64,000 nucleotides of DNA, taken from positions 1-64,000 of the forward strand of contig CAXULY010000015.1 in assembly GCA_964252075.1 (NCBI GenBank), in the 5' to 3' direction. This DNA is from an uncultured Deinococcaceae bacterium. Lineage in GTDB: Bacteria; Deinococcota; Deinococci; Deinococcales; Deinococcaceae. The stretch's first letter is position 1. Every line of letters begins with the position of its first letter. The notes beneath the pieces are model-generated. The model did no database searches. It saw nothing but the letters and a program-made list of their open reading frames with translations, and was not told where the DNA came from. Shown in pieces: positions 57,898-64,000 of the stretch. The translations under genes were made by a program, and so were the position numbers.

Positions 57898-58846
57898 AGT
57901 GCACGCGCCTTTCCCCCACGCGGAACTGCAGGAACGTCAGGACGCCCACCAGCAGCAGCATCAGCGCCGCCTGCGCGGCGGCGGCGCCCGTCCGGAAGTT
58001 CACGAAGCCGTCCTGGTACAGCTGGTAGATCAGGAAGGTCGTGATGCCCGTCTGCCCGTACACGGGGCCGCCGCGCGTCAGGATGTCCACCAGTCCGAAG
58101 CTGTCGAAGAGCGCCGAGACGATGTTCGTGAACACCAGGAAGAAGGTGATGGGGGACAGCAGCGGCAGCACCACCCGCCAGAACAGCTGCGCGGGGCGCG
58201 CGCCGTCAATCTCGGCGGCTTCCAGGATCTCCTTCGGGACGTTCTGGATGGCGGCGAGGTAGAACACCACGTTGTATCCCAGACCCTTCCAGATGGCCGC
58301 GACCGTCACGAGCGAGAAGGCCAGCAGCGGGTTGTCCAGCCAGCGCGGGCGGATGTTGAAGGCCGCGTGCAGGAATTGGTTCACCGCGCCAATCTCCGGG
58401 TTGAAGAGAAACAGCCACAGGGTGCCCGCGATGGCTGGGCTCAGCGCGTACGGGTAGATGAGCAGCAGGCGGTACACGCGCGCGCCCGCGATGGGGCGGC
58501 TCGCGAGCCACGCCAGGGACAGGGACAGCAGCAGCCCGATCACCACGGTGAGCGCCGTGAAGATCAACGTCTGGAGGGCCACCTGGTGGTACGTGGCGCT
58601 GCCCAGCAGGTCCGTGAAGTTGCTGAGGCCCGTGAAGCGCTCGGTGCCCAGGATGACGTTCGCCTGGAAGGCCGAGAGGCGCAGGGTCCGCACGGCCGGG
58701 TAGTAGATGAACACCGCGAGGATCAGCAGGGTGGGCGCCAGGAACAGCCACGGAAGCCACGCGCCCTTGAAGGTCGCGTGCTCCGCCGCGGCGGCCTCCG
58801 CGCGGCGGGCGCGGCGAGCGGTGCGTTTGGTGAGCGGGATGGACAT
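57887..58846 (-). CDS. ugpA: Carbohydrate/glycerol-3-phosphate ABC permease (UgpA-like)
   Basis: YRLLLIYPYALSPA, WKGLGYN, EAAEIDGA, PLLSPITFFL, TRGGP. Confidence 0.82.
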   Translation of the reverse strand: MSIPLTKRTARRARRAEAAAAEHATFKGAWLPWLFLAPTLLILAVFIYYPAVRTLRLSAFQANVILGTERFTGLSNFTDLLGSATYHQVALQTLIFTALTVVIGLLLSLSLAWLASRPIAGARVYRLLLIYPYALSPAIAGTLWLFLFNPEIGAVNQFLHAAFNIRPRWLDNPLLAFSLVTVAAIWKGLGYNVVFYLAAIQNVPKEILEAAEIDGARPAQLFWRVVLPLLSPITFFLVFTNIVSALFDSFGLVDILTRGGPVYGQTGITTFLIYQLYQDGFVNFRTGAAAAQAALMLLLVGVLTFLQFRVGERRVHYGA

Positions 58847-58942
58847 CGCTTGAACTCCTGAGGGGCTCGGGGTGCGGGCGGCGGGCCAAACGCTCCTGCC
58901 CCCGCCGAAGCGGGGGCCGGGTGGAGCGGGCGGTGGGCGGGC

Positions 58943-60229
58943 TTACTTGAAGTTCTGGTTGTAGTCCGCGAGGGCGGCGTCCACCTTGGCCTTGGTGTCC
59001 TTCGCCACCGACTCCACGCTCGCGCCCTGCATGACCTTCTGCATGCCCTGCTCGACCAGCGTGCGCGTCTGGATCGCCACGCCACTCAGGGCGCCGGCGT
59101 TCGCGACGTTCGACTTGGTGGTGAGCAGCTGGTTGAACGCCACGAGCTGCAGCGGCGTCTGGCTGAACCAGCCCTGACCGCGCAGCGTGTTCACGCTGCT
59201 GTTGCGCACCGGGTAGTACCCGGTGAGCTTGTGCCAGTCCGCCATGTTCTTGGTGTTCGTCATGAACAGCGCGAAGTCCTGCGCGGCCTGCGCCTGCGCC
59301 GCCGGGATGTTCTTGCTGATCCACAGGCTCGCGCCGCCAATCACCACGCCGTTGCGCTTCGAGCCGTCCGGGATGGGCAGCACGCCCACACCCAGCTGGA
59401 AGCCGGACTTCTTCGCGGCGTCAATCTGGTTGCCGAGGTCGGCGGTGCTGTTGATGGTGAACACGGCCTTCTGGTTCGCGAAGATGGCGTTCGTGCCGTC
59501 GGTGTCCGCGAGCTTGCCGGTGTAGGTCTCGTACCCGCCGTCCTGCAGGTCCTTGTAGAACTTGAAGACCTTCTGCGCGGCGGCGCTGTCGATGTTGCTG
59601 GCGGTGGCGCGCCCCTGGCGGCCGTTGCCGTTGTTCAGCAGCACCGCGTTCTGCTCGCTCATCCACTGCTCGAAGAACCAGCCGTACACCGCGAGCGACA
59701 TGCACTTGGCGTCCAGGCCCGCCGCCTTGATCTTCTCGCAAGCCTTCAGCATCGCGCCGAAGGTGGTGGGGGGGCGCTTGGGGTCCAGGCCCGCCTTCTG
59801 CATCAGGTCCTTGTTGAAGTACAGCACCGGGCTGGAGCTGTTGAAGGGCAGGCTGTTCACCTTCCCGCCAATGGTGTAGTAGTTGATGACGGGCTTGATG
59901 TAATCGCTGAAATCCACGTTCTTGACGGCGCTCACGGGCTGGAACACGCCGCTGTCCAGAGCGAGCTGGCTGCCCACCTCGAAGATCTGCACGAGGGCGG
60001 GCGCCTTGCCCTGGCGCGCGGCCAGGATGGTCGCCTGCAGCTCGTCGTTGTAGTTGCCCTTGTAGCTCGGCACGATCTTCACGCCGGGGTGCGCCTTGTT
60101 GTACTCGTCGGCGCGTGCCTGGACCCAACCGCCGCGCTTGGCGTCCCCGAAGGTGTGCCAGAAATCCACGGTGACCGTCTGGGCGGTCGCGGTGCCCAGC
60201 AGGGCGAGCATCATCGTCAGTCGTTTCAT
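58943..60229 (-). CDS. ugpB: ABC substrate-binding protein (UgpB-like)
   Basis: Signal peptide; FWH, QIFEVG, LPFNSSSPVLYFNKD, IGGASLW, WHKLTGYYP. Confidence 0.82.
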   Translation of the reverse strand: MKRLTMMLALLGTATAQTVTVDFWHTFGDAKRGGWVQARADEYNKAHPGVKIVPSYKGNYNDELQATILAARQGKAPALVQIFEVGSQLALDSGVFQPVSAVKNVDFSDYIKPVINYYTIGGKVNSLPFNSSSPVLYFNKDLMQKAGLDPKRPPTTFGAMLKACEKIKAAGLDAKCMSLAVYGWFFEQWMSEQNAVLLNNGNGRQGRATASNIDSAAAQKVFKFYKDLQDGGYETYTGKLADTDGTNAIFANQKAVFTINSTADLGNQIDAAKKSGFQLGVGVLPIPDGSKRNGVVIGGASLWISKNIPAAQAQAAQDFALFMTNTKNMADWHKLTGYYPVRNSSVNTLRGQGWFSQTPLQLVAFNQLLTTKSNVANAGALSGVAIQTRTLVEQGMQKVMQGASVESVAKDTKAKVDAALADYNQNFK

Positions 60230-60597
60230 GTGTGTCCCCTTCGTTCCGGAAGGTACGCAGCGCAGGTCAGCGGGACGTCAATTCACCGTCATGGACGTGT
60301 CAGGCGCTGCGGGCATGCGTTGAATGGAAACCGCGGACGGTTCCTGGCAATCACTTCCGGTGTCCCAACTCTAAACCAGTCGGCGACTTTCGTGCCAGAG
60401 GCCACCATTCACGCTGCGTCGGCTCTGGGTCAGATGATGGCCGGAGTTGGCCACCTGCACGGGCGGGCTGGGACGCACCGCGTGCTCAGACAGACCCGGA
60501 TGGACTGTCGGTTCCCACGTTAGGCTGGCCGTCCTCGCAGAGGGGCTTGCTCCGGGAAGTCCCCGCCGCGCCCACACGCATCAGCCCGGCCTGACGG

Positions 60598-62157
<1,560 letters not shown>

Positions 62158-62321
62158 CCCTTCAAGCTACGCATTTTCCCGGGCGGGGCGGGCGCGTGAT
62201 GTACACAGGCGAACGCTAGTTAGGTGCCGGGTAGGCTGGAGCGCGCAGCGCCGCTACGCCGGATGGCGGGCTTTGTGAATTGATCCCTGTTCCAGGGGGG
62301 GAGGGGCGCTAAAGTACGTGT

Positions 62322-62466
62322 ACCACGGAAGGGAGGTGATCCAGCTGTTAAATAAAATGGTTGGTGGAGGTGTCCGCCGAGGGTAGTACCTCGAGGACTT
62401 GAGTACCCCTCAATGTCAGGCGGGTACCGAAGAGAAGGGCGAGCGAGTGCTCGCCCTTCTTTCTTT
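62322..62466 (+). ncRNA. Candidate stand-alone small RNA or small-ORF transcript
   Basis: TAAAGT -10 at 62310-62315; GGAGGTGATCCAGC; ends in AGAAGGGCGAGC-GAGT-GCTCGCCCTTCT-TTCTTT terminator; both flanking genes are on the minus strand. Confidence 0.55.
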
Positions 62467-62472
62467 GCGCCC

Positions 62473-62835
62473 TCAGCGGCGCAGGTAGGCGTCCGTGCCC
62501 TCAATCCAGTCCTGGCGCGGCGGGCTGAACACGTCCAGGCCCTCGAAGTCCTCCAGCACCAGCGCGCGGTGCACGGTGCCGCCCGGAATGACCAGCACCT
62601 CGCCCGGCCCGAGGTCCAGTTCGCGCTCGCCGTCCTCACCGAGCCAGAAGCGGATGCGCCCCTGCGTCACGAGGCTCACCTGCTCGTTCTCGTGCTGGTG
62701 CGCCTGCACCACGCACCCCGTCTTGAGCTGCAGGCGCGCCACCATGACCCGCTCGCCCCACACGAGCTGACGGGCGAAGACGGGCGTCACGTCCTCCACG
62801 GGCACGTCGGCCCAGCTGTAATTCTTGGCGTCCAT
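62473..62835 (-). CDS. Cupin domain protein
   Basis: HQHENEQ and PGEVLVIPGGTVH metal motifs, DVFSPPRQDW. Confidence 0.92.
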   Translation of the reverse strand: MDAKNYSWADVPVEDVTPVFARQLVWGERVMVARLQLKTGCVVQAHQHENEQVSLVTQGRIRFWLGEDGERELDLGPGEVLVIPGGTVHRALVLEDFEGLDVFSPPRQDWIEGTDAYLRR

Positions 62836-63026
62836 GCGTCAGCCTACCGCGCCACCCGGCAGATTCAAGTGAACGCGGCGTGGGCCTGCACCCAGGGCGC
62901 GCAGGCCCACAGCGCCCTCGACCGTGCCGTCCGAGAGGACGCCAACGCGCCCCGTCACCCCGACCGGCGCCAGCCGCGGCGCGCCGTCACGCATGTGGGT
63001 CGCGACCCTGCCCTAGAATTCCCGCT

Positions 63027-64000
63027 ATGGCCGTTTCGTTGCGGGGTCGCACCGCCACCTTCACGCCGCCGCCGGGGGCCGCCGCGCTCACGGGGGACTT
63101 CACCGACTGGGAGCGCCCGCGCGCGGTGCCCGTTGTGAGCGGCGCGCCCATCACGCTCACGCTGCCGCGCGACTCGTGGACCGAGTACGCGTGGCTGGAC
63201 GCGGGCGGCACGCCCTTCGCGGACCCGGACAACCCGCGGCGCAGCCTGAACCCGTGGTGGAATTACCCGCGCGCCGTGGAGGTCGGTCGGTACGCCACGC
63301 ACCCCCTGTGGCAGCAGCCGGAACCGCCCGCGCGCGGCGCGACGCACCGCCTGAGCTGGGAGGGGCAGGTGTTCCCCGGCACGCGGCGCGTCATCGTGTA
63401 CACCCCGCCCAACCTGGACGCCCGCAGCGAGCACCCGGTGTACTACGTGCAGGACGGCGTGGCGTTCTACCGCACCGGCCGACTGGGCGAACTCATGGAC
63501 CGCGCGCTCGCGGCGGGGCTGGTGTCGCCCGCCGTGCTGGTGTTCGTGGAGCCCGGCGACCGCTCCGCGGAGTACTACCTGAACGACCGCTACTTGGACT
63601 TCCTGCTCTCGGAGGTCCTGCCGCGCGTCGAGGAGGGCTTCCCCGTGCGGCGGGACGCGGCAGGACGCGGGGTGTGGGGCGCGAGCCTGGGGGGCCTCAT
63701 CAGCCTGTACCTGGGGGCGCGCCACCCGGAGCTGTTCAGCACGGTGGTGGCGCACAGCGGCGCGTTCATCGCGAACCCGGAGGCCGCCGCGCGCGGTGAA
63801 CCGCAGACGCGCAGCGGCCCGGAGTGGCTGCTGGAGCACCTGCGCGCGCACCCGCCCCGCCACCTGCGCGTGAGTCTGGACGCGGGCACGCAGGAGTGGC
63901 TGTGCGCCCCGAACCGCCGCATGGCGGCCCTCCTGGCGGACCTCGGCGTGGCGCACCAGTACCGCGAGTACGCCAGCGGGCACAACTGGGTGACGTGGCG
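63027..64000 (+). CDS. Enterochelin esterase-like alpha/beta hydrolase, partial (runs off the window; not in the ORF track)
   Basis: ATG 63027 after TAGAAT; GDFTDW, DPDNP, RRVIVYTPP, VQDG, GASLGG, GHNWVTW. Confidence 0.88.
   Translation, partial: MAVSLRGRTATFTPPPGAAALTGDFTDWERPRAVPVVSGAPITLTLPRDSWTEYAWLDAGGTPFADPDNPRRSLNPWWNYPRAVEVGRYATHPLWQQPEPPARGATHRLSWEGQVFPGTRRVIVYTPPNLDARSEHPVYYVQDGVAFYRTGRLGELMDRALAAGLVSPAVLVFVEPGDRSAEYYLNDRYLDFLLSEVLPRVEEGFPVRRDAAGRGVWGASLGGLISLYLGARHPELFSTVVAHSGAFIANPEAAARGEPQTRSGPEWLLEHLRAHPPRHLRVSLDAGTQEWLCAPNRRMAALLADLGVAHQYREYASGHNWVTW

Noticed and set aside
60374..60597. FMN or T-box-like element downstream of ilvA
   Set aside because: Only a short GCCGAC/ACAGT resemblance; the conserved core is absent.
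62329..62347. Fragment of a 16S rRNA gene on the minus strand
   Set aside because: The match is limited to 14 nt and the flanks do not continue as rRNA.

Overview
GC-rich bacterial chromosomal region. Gene content and many TANNNT -10 boxes sitting 5-8 nt upstream of start codons (leaderless mRNAs) point to Deinococcus or a close relative; this is inference. It holds about 58 protein-coding genes and one tRNA-Ser(CGA). Recognisable genes are cydDC-cydAB, fdhD, an acyl-CoA carboxylase beta subunit, hflX, murJ, copC, speA, udk, csaB, prfC, rpmE, ugpBAE-like ABC genes and ilvA, plus transporters, regulators and secreted hypothetical proteins. I saw no IS, integrase, prophage or CRISPR array. The best leads are: (1) a divergent pair of apparent pseudoenzymes, a catalytically degenerate 2-oxoacid dehydrogenase E2-like protein and a leucine dehydrogenase homologue lacking the catalytic Lys; (2) a CxxC plus RGPP (DUF2946/CruR-like) putative arrest uORF upstream of copC; (3) a non-canonical ATC start for hflX; (4) a leaderless 26-codon uORF in frame with prfC; (5) a stand-alone small transcript of about 145 nt with 14 nt of complementarity to the 16S rRNA 3' end; (6) a switch-like structured leader upstream of ugpB. 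All family assignments come from motif recognition by eye; no database search was run.
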